A stretch of DNA of 64,000 nucleotides from Podarcis erhardii (Eukaryota), in assembly GCA_964252035.1 (NCBI GenBank), contig OZ176200.1, one strand, 5' to 3'. How positions within the stretch are numbered: the first letter of the stretch is position 1; every line of letters begins with the position of its first letter. Below, in pieces: positions 48,561 through 60,500 of this stretch. The position numbers were made by a program, and so were the translations under genes. The notes below the pieces were generated by a model, which worked only from the letters and a program-made list of their open reading frames with translations, had not been told where the DNA came from and did not search any database.

Positions 48561-51500
48561 AAAGCCCCCCCCCCCCTAAAAAAAATCCATTGGCACGTTC
48601 CACGCAGCGCGCGCGCTAAGTATTTGGTCTGCATTCAGTGGGCTAAGTAGCTGCATCAGGAGGCAGTTAGGCGGGCGCGACCACCACCTGAGAGGCGGCG
48701 GGGGTGGAGTTGGATGGTGACGGTTGGTAAGGACCATAGGAGTGGTGCTTCCCTCGACTTAGAGTGGAGAGTTACAATCCACTGTCAATCTCGGGTGCTG
48801 TTAACGGGAAAGAAGGAACCAAGTGTCCAGTGCTCTTTGGGGTGGGCGGGCCCAAGTGCCCACGAGGGCCAGGTGAGCCCCTTGGGGAGACCTTATAGCT
48901 ATAGAAGGGAATAGGGCTTCCGTGTCCTTAATAGCTAGGCAGCAGAGGTGAGCATAGTCTTTTTGGAAGATAAGCTGCAAAGAGGTTCTTTAAACGTGGG
49001 CCAAATGCAATTTAAAAATGTTCAAAGCCTGGGATTTCTGTTGGCATCAACTTTAGGCTGCAATCTTAGAAGCCCGATTGAAAAAGATGGAATGTGCTTC
49101 TGAGTAGATATGTTCAGTATTATCCCCACCCCCCACCCCTTAAATTTATCACCCACTTTTCCTTTGTCATAAGTGCAAAGCAAGATATTTAGTTCTTTTT
49201 TTTACAAAATTTATTAAAGTTTTCAAAAAATAATACAATGTAAAATAAAAAGAAAAAATAACAAAAATACAAAAATACAAAAATAATTAAAAACACATAG
49301 AATTTCCATTACCCGGTACTTATTTTCTTTTAACTTATTTTCCAGACCTCCTCATACCTCCCTTTCTTGTATTCCAATTCAAATTGTTAGTTAGGCAAAT
49401 CCTCACCATTAGTTTTTAGTTACAGGTAGGTAGCCGTGTTGGTCTGCCATAGTCAAAACAAAATAAAAAAATTCCTTCGAGTAGCACCTTAAAGACCAAC
49501 TAAGTTAGTTCATTAGTTTTTACTTATTTCTAAACCTTTTTTTCATATCTCTTAAGCATTACAGCTGGAGACCACTTAATTTCTGTCCAACATCTTGGTC
49601 AGCCATCCAGTCACTAACTTCACACAGACCTGCTTAACTTCAGCTAAGGAACTTCATGACCCTTTGGACCAAACCCTGGGGCCGTTTGATGCTCTAAGCT
49701 GGCTTACTGGTGCCAGGGGCGGACTTTGGTAATATGGTGACCTGAGCGAGGACAAAATTTGGTGCTCCCCCCCAAAAAAAAGTTCTAATTTTCACAATAA
49801 TTACTTTGATACAATTGGTTCTAATGATTGAATACCACTTTCTGAGTTGCGCCTTGTGATGTGCTGTGCCAAGACCTGCTTAATCTTGTTTTTAAGTTGT
49901 ATTCATTCAATTTGTTTTTATTATTGCTTGTTAGCCGCCCTGAGCCAGGCCTTGGTTGGGGAGGGTGGGGTATAAATAAAAATTATTATTATTATTGAAG
50001 TGCCTCGCCTCTGTGCCTTGTGCCGTCAACCGCACCACCCTAAATCTGGCGCTGTTGCTGCACATCAGCACATGCAAATGTTAAATGTTGGGGTTGTGTG
50101 TTTCAGACTATTCTTGTTGCCTATTTTTAAGGTGATGTAACGAAGCCAAACGGCATTTAAAGATGGGCTTACCTTTGTGTGAGTGATGCTACCTGTGTTC
50201 TAAATTGAAATGTATGTTGCATATCCTTCTTAAAAAGGCACCTATTCTCTAGTGGTAGCCTTTGAAGAATTTCTTCCTAGTTTGTGGGAAGGCTCGTATC
50301 TGACCTGTTGTGACACTATTTGAATTCTACTTCAGCAACTTATTTCATTTTGCAGGGGAAAGTCTCTCAGAAATGGACCCTGGAAATGGCTGTGCATACC
50401 CTTGTTGTTTACTGATACAGTTCCATACATTGGCATTGTAACTGAAAGATTAGCCAGTTTATTTGCTATAAGAGAGAAGCTTCAATGTATTATTCTTTAG
50501 TTTGTTGATAATCCTAACAAAATACATGAAAACAGACCACAAAATAATACCAAGTACATTAGCTATCAGATTCTAGTGCCCAAGTGAATCTTTATTGCCT
50601 TGGTAAATGTAGCAAATTTTAATACAGTTTGAATGATTCTACTGAAATAATTTTAACCACTACGGTAGCAGAAATACAGTAAAGAATGTGCTATATTTCT
50701 GTTTGCACTCACTTGTATAACAGCAGAACCTCTGTGATAGATACGTTTTTATCATATACCTCCTAGACTTTAATGCAATCAAAGTGTAGGAAGTATATGA
50801 TTAAAGCATAGTTATGCAGAAGTACTGATTTTATGCAAGTTAAGATTATCCCACTGCCTGAGGAGGGGGTGAAAATATTTAGTTTACTACTATGAACTAA
50901 GGAATATTTAATATGTCAGTTTACAGATTTAATAGAGCATAGAGTAATTTAATAGAGCATTTATTTAAGGAATTTATATCCAACCTTTCAAAAAGTTCCC
51001 ATGATAGCTTACAAAATTTTCTAATTGCAATACCAGAATTTTAAAATATGGATAATTTCATGACTTAATTATACTTGTTGACCAGAGGGGTGTATAAGCA
51101 TATGAGAAAATGTGTCTTCCCAGAAGAATCCACTTCTCAGTTACACCCTTCAATTACAGAAGTCCATACCTTGCTCTTTGAGAAACGTTGGCATATAGGA
51201 TCAGGGCTTTTAAATTTTACTTGTAAAAGGGAGACAAAGGCAGGGATTCTTATTTTCTGAAAAGCTTTTGATCAGCGTATATTTTGGAATATATTTACAG
51301 ACTGAATATATGTTGTACTATTTCCAAAATTGGGGTGGTTGTATGAAGGCATGTGTATGTGCTTTTTACATCATTTAAATATATATATATATAATTTTAA
51401 AAACAATGACCTTAAGTTTTTTTTAAAAAAATCATCAAAATGAAACATGTACCTACAGTATTTTACAAGCAAATGTGTTTAAGTCTTGACATCCAAATCT

Positions 51501-54500
51501 TTTAAAATTGAATTCATGACTGTCAAAGGGATTGGATTAAAGCATACCCCAAATAAAGCAAATTAAAGCTTTGATTGAATTATGGGAGAAATGACTTTTG
51601 AAGTCAAGTATTTTCATTATGTCACTATTTTGTATTTTTGTGACAAATTGTGAATATTTGTTACCACTGACCTCCTAACATGAACACTTATTTTCTTCTA
51701 ATGAAAGAGACTAGTGATTGTTTCTGGAAAGTCTGAGCACTTTTGTCAAGCTCTTAAGAGCTTTCTAGGCTCATCCAAAAGGCTTGCACTATCCCAAAGG
51801 CGTTTTGACTTTGCATTGAACAAATGACTTCATATCCCTTGGGCTCATTGAACTAGTTTCATGGCCCTTTTGTTTACTTGAAGACTACTAGCCAATTTTG
51901 ATTGGTATCTTTGCATGTGTATGGAATGAACAAGCAGATTAAAATTATGTAGTGCAAAGGGTGTATGTTCCATAACAAAATTTTTGGAACATGCTCCTTA
52001 GTTGTAAAGCTGTGTTCTCTTTGTTGTAGTAAAGAAATAATATATGCATTCAAATGGAGAGCTTGATTTAAATTAGTTAGCTAAACTTTATCTTGTATTT
52101 AAATCACTAAATTGAATCGCACTGATTTAAATTGGTCCACTGTGGTCTGAATACTTTTTTACAAGGTGACTGCAAACTCATATTGTGATGGAAAACCATT
52201 GAATTTTGTTGAGATTCATTGCAATGCAAATGAGAAAACAGACTACGGCTACACCATTGTTGAAGTGATAAAATCGGAGCCTGAAGTATGGAGATGGAGT
52301 GGTTCCTCTCTGTCACCATGTTCTTAATAGCACCTGTGAAAGTACAGGTAACATAAATTGTTATGGATAGACAAAGGAATGGGTGGAGAGAGATGAAAGA
52401 TGCAGTTCATTTGTGTGCCATCCTAAAGGCATTTTGCAATCCTCTGTACTGTATTGGACACAACTGCATCAATTCATACAAACAGAGAGACAGGATATCA
52501 TTAAACATTGTGTAAGCAGAATTCCCCCTTTCCTCTGCAACCCCCTGCTGCAAAATCTGCTCTGAGGGTCCCCCAACCCTCTGGAGCAAATAATGGGGGG
52601 TTCATGGGGGGCCACAGGGTGAGGAAAGGGAAATCCTGTTGCACCAGTGGAAATCTGGTCTGCTTTTAGATGAGACCACTGGATATAACCCATATTATTA
52701 ACCTTCTGCAATAGTATTGTGGTTAATGGATATAGCAGGGCATGCTATAAGAAGAACCTGCCAGATAAGATCAGTGGCCCATGTAGTCCAGTATCCTGTT
52801 GCGTGGTCCAGTATCCTGTTACGAGGCCCTGGACCCCTAGCTCTTCCAAAATAAATACACCAACACGAGTATATTGGGTTAATGGGATAAATAAGGCCAT
52901 AACTTTATTGGTTACAGATGTGAGTGGTTTGGCTTGGGCAATTGGGTGAAGCAAGACTATATCTTGACTCCTGCCGGACTGCAGGAAGTCTCTTAAGGGT
53001 CAACCACCGGAAGGGGGAGCCCTATAATGTACATCAGTTGAGCACCCCCAGGGTCACCGTTGGGGTCGTGGCATGGCCCTAGCCCACGCCCAAGCTTCGG
53101 ACAGGAACCACACCCCCGGATCCCTTTAACAGGATACCCTTAATGTGGAGGGGCAGGTGGAGGAACAACATCCTCTCCCATAATAAGGCTTAAAAAGGTA
53201 AAGGTAAAGGGACCCCTGACCATTAGGTCCAGTTGTGACCGACTCTGGGGTTGCGGCGCTCATCTCGCTTTATTGGCCAAGGGAGCTGGCGTACAGCTTC
53301 CGGGTCATGTGGCTAGCATGACTAAGCCATTTCTGGTGAACCAGAGCAGCGCACGGAAACGCCATTTACCTTGCCGCCGAAGCGGTACCTATTTATCTAC
53401 TTGCACTTTGATGTGCTTTTGAACTGCTAGGTTGGCAGGAGCAAGGACCGAGCAACAGGAGCTCACCCCATCGCGGGGATTCAAACTGCTGACCTTCTGA
53501 TCAGCAAGTCCTCGGCTCTGGTTTTACCCACAGCGCCACCAATAAGGCTTACCCAATGCCTAACCTTACAAAGTTGTGACGATTGCTACTAGGTAGGCGA
53601 AAACCAAATGGCTAGTGCCAATTATGCCAAGTGGAAAAGGTCTTACCCAGCCCCGACAACCAGGCAACGACGTAAGTCATAGCAAGGCAGTAGTCAATCC
53701 GCGCAAGAAAAAAGGGTGGGTGGGCTGGGAGATCCCATGAATGGAGGAAAAAAAGGAGGCTGCTTCCCTGGCCACGCCGCGATTTAAACAGGCATAGCCA
53801 AAGCCATTGGCTGGCTGGGGGCATGACACTGCTGGGGATACTGATGATGTAGGCGGCGTTCCTCCGCCCACTCCACGGTTGCTGCGAGGACCCAGATTCC
53901 CACCCACAAAGCAGCCAGCTCACAATGCATCCTTTGCAATAAAAGAAACCTATCCATGAAATAAGTTAAAATATGGTAAAAAGAACCTCAAAATGCCAAA
54001 CAGCTAAAGTTCGTGTTGCTATAACCATGCCTGGCTATCCACTGTTTCCTGAAACCATTAGCAAGTTTAAATTTGCGGAGCTCTTTGCTAGCCTTGCATA
54101 TCTCAGACATTTTTATTAGATTATGTTGGAAAGTCTAAATAATTTTTTCAACTCCAGCACATGGAAAACATGTTTATATACATTTTGAGATGCATTTCAT
54201 CCTTCTGAATACCTGTTTCCCCAAATAAATTGTGGGAAATTGATGCATTTCAAGAGGTGTGAAGATGCAAAGCATAGCTGTCATTTGACTCAGTGATAAT
54301 TATTTTAATTTTCAAAGTGTGTTTTGCAAGTCAAATGCCTCTCTACCAACTTTGCCACAGCTAATTTAGAACTCATGTATGAACTGATTACGAGTCTCTG
54401 TCCAACAAGCAATATTGCCTTTCTAAATCTTGTGACATGTTTAAGTGGTTTTCTTTTAAATATCCAACACCCAGGGGCTTAATATGGTTTATTACAAAAC

Positions 54501-57500
54501 TCCTTTGAAATAACAGTGGTCATAATGATATGGGGATGATAAATTCTCATAAACTGTCCTTTTAATCTCAGGCAAATAGTCTTCATTGCCAGGAACTCTT
54601 CAACAACCGCTTACAGTAACTTCCCTGTTTAGGGAAGCTTTTAATATTTGATAAATTATTGTATATTAATATTTTGCTGGAAGCCACCCAGAGTGGCTGG
54701 GGAAACCCAGTCATGGGTGGGGTATAAACAATAAATAATAATAATAATAATTGAGGAATGTCACTGTACTATTAAGAGTGTCTCTAATGACCATTCTGTT
54801 CCTGTTGAGTCCTTTATTTCCATGCTGGTGGGAATGCATGCCAACTTTCAGGGTTTATTTCCTACTATTTAATTTTATTTTTCCATGCATATTAGTATTT
54901 TTCGGTGGCCATCTTGCAAGGTAACTCCTTGCAGATTCATCCCCCCCCTTGCTTTGTTTCCCCCATTCCTTTTTGTCTTAGCTCTGTTTTGTTTATTTTA
55001 AAACATTTTTGTACTGCTTCTAGTGGGATAAATCAGCCTCATATAATCAACATGCCTAATTCTAATTAATACACAAAGAGGTTAAGACCATAAAGTAAGC
55101 TAACCTGCCACATCACTCCCCCTCACTTTGGGACGAAGGGTTACCAAACCCTTTGATCTCTCACTCCCACCACACGATTCCTGCTGGTAAGAAAGTCTAA
55201 GCTGGATGCTCCAAACTTAGGCCACATGACTTAAGCAAGCAGTCTTTGTACAAATAGCTTAGAAGCTCTCACCATTTTGGAACCTAAGTTATACTTCCTG
55301 TCTTTTTTCTTTTTTTTTTGCTGCTGTATGGAAAAGCATATGAATCTGAGTAGTTTATAACTTAACTTACCAAATTTTTAATATATTTAGTATATTATTA
55401 TATATAATAGTATATTTTTAACTTACCAAACATGTGGTTTCTTTCTATACTATGGGAAGTGGGAAACTTTGGAAGCAACTTAGATGGGGATATTTTAAAA
55501 GTCTAACAACCTATATTTCCACCCTTTGCTTTACTGTATGTTTTGTGATTTTAAATCTGTGCTGGGGTTTTCTCACCAAATTGCACCTGCCCCAAACCTG
55601 GATCTAGGCATCCATGGAATTCTCCTTTTATTTTACTGTATCTGGTTCCCCCACCCGCAGCCACATTAAACCAACACTTCTCTATATTAATTTCTGTATC
55701 AATTTCAAAAGTGAGTCAGAAATGAAAAAAGCAAGAAAGAAACCTCCATGGCACAAACTTTTGCAGGCACCTTGTCTGCATCTTCATGTCTTTTGCTGTT
55801 ACAGTCTGTCTTCCCTCCACCTCCTCCACTTGGAAACCATAGTAAGTGACACAAAGAAATCTGCTAAAGGAATCCACAATTCTTTGGTGGCGGTGGTTGT
55901 CATTGTTGGCATCCAACTGTCTCAGGAGAAAATGGAGGAGTGCACCTTTGGGGGTAAAGTCAAATCACTGGTGAGTTTCTTGGTCACGTACACAGAATGG
56001 AAGGAGGCAGGCTCGCTAAGGATCTCTACGAGAAGCTGGCTTCAGGCACTAAGCATGCTGGCAGACCAACTCTGTGTTATGAAGATGTCTGCAAATGTGA
56101 CATGATGACTGGCAACATTAACCCCGCTGTGTGGTCTAAACCACTGAGTCTCTTGGGCTTGCCGATCAGAAGGTCGGTGGTTCAAATCCCTGCAACAGGG
56201 TGGGCTCCCATTTGCTCGGTCTCAGCTTCTGCCAACCTAGCAGTTCAAAAGCACGCCCAAAAGTGCAAGTAGATAAATAGGGAGTTTCGTGCCAATAGAA
56301 AATTTCCTTCTAATGCAAATGGAAGTGTCTACACCCCGCAACCACCCCCTCATTGAAGAATAAAAACACACAAGGACACAGATATTAGGTTAATGTTATT
56401 GGGCAAATTTTGGCCACAACTTTATTGATTACAGAAAGTGAGCGGTAATTGGCTTAGACATTGAATGGACCTGACTATATCTGACTCCTGCCCGCTGCAC
56501 AGGCAGTCCAGTAAGGGTAAACCACCAGAAGGGGGAGCCCCGTCGATGCAGACCAATTCGAGCTCTCCGGGGGTTTCCGACAGGGTCATGTCATGGCCCT
56601 AGCCCTGCCCCGGGCTTTGGACAAGATCCACACTCCCGGATTCCTTTAACGGAACACTCTTAAGCTTGGAGGGGCAGGCGATGGCCACACCTCCCCTCCT
56701 TCATCATAAGGTCAAACAATGCCTAACCGCCACAAGAGCCTAAAGGCTCGCCGCCAAATACCCTCACACCTGTAACCAATGCCTCACGCCTTCTGCAATA
56801 TCGGCTAACCAGATATCATTCCCCCAATCGGAAAGGTGTATGCCATCATCACGAAATAGGGCCATCTTGCTGTAAACTATGGTGGGGTGCTCTCTTAACT
56901 TTCCTTTGTGATAGAAAATAAAATATTCATTAAAAGTTTCTTCATGTTTTACAATCACCCCATACCAAGGACAGTGTGTGCTATTATGTTTGGCTGTCTT
57001 CCCCCACTGCCCCACCTCCATTCTCATCTTCGAATATCTAGCAATAAAATAAGAATTCTTTCTTTTCCTCTTTTTACTTTTGTAAATTAACGTGTGCGGT
57101 TATTATATAGAACAGAAGGTTTATTGGCAGAGAGACTTAAATCTGTTGAGTTCATTTGTTGTCTGTGATCAAGAATCTAGGTGTAGTCCTTAATGCATGA
57201 TTAAAGCAGACATAGAAGATGCAATATCCTTTTAAATCATCTGTAAAGGAGCGAAGGCACCTTTTATCCTCTGAATGGGTGGTGCCAGGGTGATATAACT
57301 CCCCTGTGTAGTTATTCCAGAAGACTCATGTGCTCAAGCGGGTGGAGCTGTATGTGCTGTAGGAGACACTTAAAAATTAATGCAAGATTTCTTTTGCTAA
57401 TTTAATCTGCAGAGGTTGATATTAGACATCTGAATTTCAGGATTGTGTTATGGCTTGTTATCTTCCTTGTGTCTGGCTTCCAGTTATGTTGACTACCATT

Positions 57501-60500
57501 CAAAAGCTCTGTCGGTCTCTCTGCTAGCTATGAATAACCTGCAACTATGAATGTTAATGTAGGCATAACCTGCAGTTTTCTACAGTGAAATTTGGCCTGC
57601 ATCCATATTTCCATTGGTTAGTTTTAGCGCAGTAGATAGTTGTTTATTAAACAAATTGAATATTGGTTTGTATGTAGCTGAAGCTTGGTTGGCTGAGCTG
57701 TGCCCCCAAAGCAACTCACAGCAAATATTCAAAGCACCAAAATACAGAGCTTTGGAAATACAAGTATACAAAACATAGAACGTGTCAGTAAATTCAAAAC
57801 TGACAAAAATCAATGATTTGGCAAACGGAAAAAATTCAGTGTCACCAAAAAAAACCTCACCAACCTAAGCTTAAGTACATAAATACAAAGCAAAATAAGA
57901 AATAACCAACAGCAAAGTTTCTGTTCTGTTCTGGCTGTACTCCAAGGAGCCAGAAGGAGAGCGGTAGATAGCAAACAGCTAGCTCCCACATCATTCTCCC
58001 GAAAGGCAAATGTTGGTAGGGCAATGATGGTAAGCCTCTGGGAAGTACCAAATGTTGGTGCAGGTATTGCTACACTTATGGTGCCTTAGAAGCCATAATT
58101 GGGCATTTTATTTGTTTTCAGTGTTCTTTAAAAAAAAGTATTTATTGAACACATATTTACAGTAAAGGCAAGCCCTGATAAATAGTTGCTGCCTGTATTA
58201 AACAACCCAAAATATCCGAGTCTTATATTACACAAACAGAATTTGCTATGGAAATATTATAAAAAGATACATTTAGCCTTTAGTAATAGACCATGTGTAA
58301 TATCCATGACGTAGGCTGGAAATTCAATTGCTTTTCATGCCTCAGGCTTTAAATTATTAACTTTTCATAATTTGCTGGAAAACCAAGCAGTCTATTCTGT
58401 TAAGCTTATTTTGAAAGCTTAAAGGTAAAGCATAAACACAATTAAGTACTTAATTACTATGCGCTTCAAAATCTGGTGACATTCAAGTTTGGAGGTGCAG
58501 CAGGATGTTACTTATTCAACTATTTCTGCCTCAACATTAATTTAATAATGAGAACTCTTTGAAATGGTTTTCCTTTTTTCACATTTCTATTGGTTCTATT
58601 GCTTTTTTAACATCTAGATTCTAATTACATGCAAACCTAACCTCTCCTAATAATTCCTATTATAAAATGATTGAGTTTAATGCTGGGAGTAATTTTCCCT
58701 GTAGTGTAAGAAAGCATATTACATCATATGTCTGTCAAATTAACCTATAAGCACATTCACTAAACGACAAAAAAAGTAAAAAGCCAAGTGTACTTTTCCT
58801 TGTTCTAGTCTTGATGTTTTTTTCCCTTTTGTAATTAGAAACCAGATAACGTGACCACAGGAGCTGGTATCCCAGTGGCAGACAGTTTAAATCTCTTGAC
58901 CGTGGGTCCACGAGGCCCTCTTTTGGTTCAGGATGTGGTTTTCACAGATATGGTGGCAAACTTTGACCGAGAGAGGATTCCAGACAGAGTTGTACATGCC
59001 AAAGGAGCAGGTTAGTGTTAGAAGTTGCTTGTTGTTTTATAAAATGAAAAGATGGAGAATTAAATATTATGAACTGGTTTTGTGTACAGAGGGAACAAGA
59101 AAGCAAAGAAGTTCCCAGAATGTGTTTCACTCAGTTTTGTAGTTCTGGACTTACGTTGTTATACCAAGAACGTGACTCCTGCTGTGGGCCTCAGACAAGC
59201 TCTGCACGGGCCTGCTTCAGACACAATTCTCAGCCAAATAATGGCCCAGCACCCAGCAGAGTAGCAAAAGCAGGAGTAGTGAAACAACCGTATTCTCCCA
59301 TCTCTCTTTGGTGTACCAGCACACTGCATGTTCAACTTTAAACTATAGTTAAGCTGAACTATGATTTAAAGTGGTGAGCAAACCAAGGCATTGTGTGAGA
59401 GAGTGAAAAAGAAGAGTTGCTTCTGCAAGCATCTATACGTAAAGTGTCCTTTTCCTTCATCTGAGGGAGAAAATAGGCCAAAACATTAGCAACGATACAC
59501 CCAAGAAAAGCAGAGATCTTCCCCCAACTGTCTTGGTCTGTGTATCAATGCTTGGCAACTGATAGTTGTTCGAACTTTGCCTGCATTCTGATTGATCTCT
59601 ACAGTTATCTCCTGAATAGTTTCCCCTTATTAAAAATTAGTTCTCTGTTAATTATGAATCCAACAAAATTTTGGCCAGTTGTTGTACCTTGTCCTTTATT
59701 TGCAGCCTGGAATCAGATAATTTTACTGAAGTACATGGTGTTTAGACTGCTTGTTTTTGCTTATATTCAGTTTTTAATAAAAAGCAACCATTTTAAACAT
59801 TTTAGGAGCTTTTGGCTATTTTGAAGTGACTCATGACATCACCATGTATTGCAAAGCAAAGGTATTTGAGCATATTGGCAAAAGAACTCCAATCGCTATG
59901 CGATTCTCTACTGTTGGTAAGTCTTTAAAAAACACCTCTTTGTGTGTCCATTTTATTTGTGTCATGTGTACACATGCATTCATTAAATGGGTACTCAGAG
60001 GAGCTAATTTTGTTAGACTTTCTTCGTGCATTATTTAGGAGCTATTGGCTATTTTATAGTGACTCATTGCCAGCTCTCAGCAAACCAAACTAGGAAATGA
60101 TTGTGCAATGAACTCTTCCCATTCCGTTCTTCTTAAAAACTATAAATGGCAACATATAGGTGCAATCATCAGCATAATCCTTTGAATTGGTGCTTTATGA
60201 ATGAATGAATTAATGAATGAATGAAACTTTATTCGTGTCACCCATTGGCCATAGCAACACAAGAACATTACAATATACACAAAACAAAGTTGATTATATA
60301 AAACACAGTTTAGGGTTCTGAGTCAGCGGTCAAATAGTGGACCTTATTCTGATTGCCCCAGCTAAAAACCTTGCAACCTTTGTTGCCATCTGCTCCTCTT
60401 GATCTGCCAGGATCAAGATCATGCCTGGTGCTTTATAACATTCATTAGGTGAAGGCTAGGAGGGCAGTTTACACGTGATGGCCCTGGTATGTGCAGTTCA

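Noticed and set aside
50340-50420. Strong splice acceptor ttatttcattttgcag in catalase intron 1
   Set aside because: No matching donor or meaningful reading frame was found.
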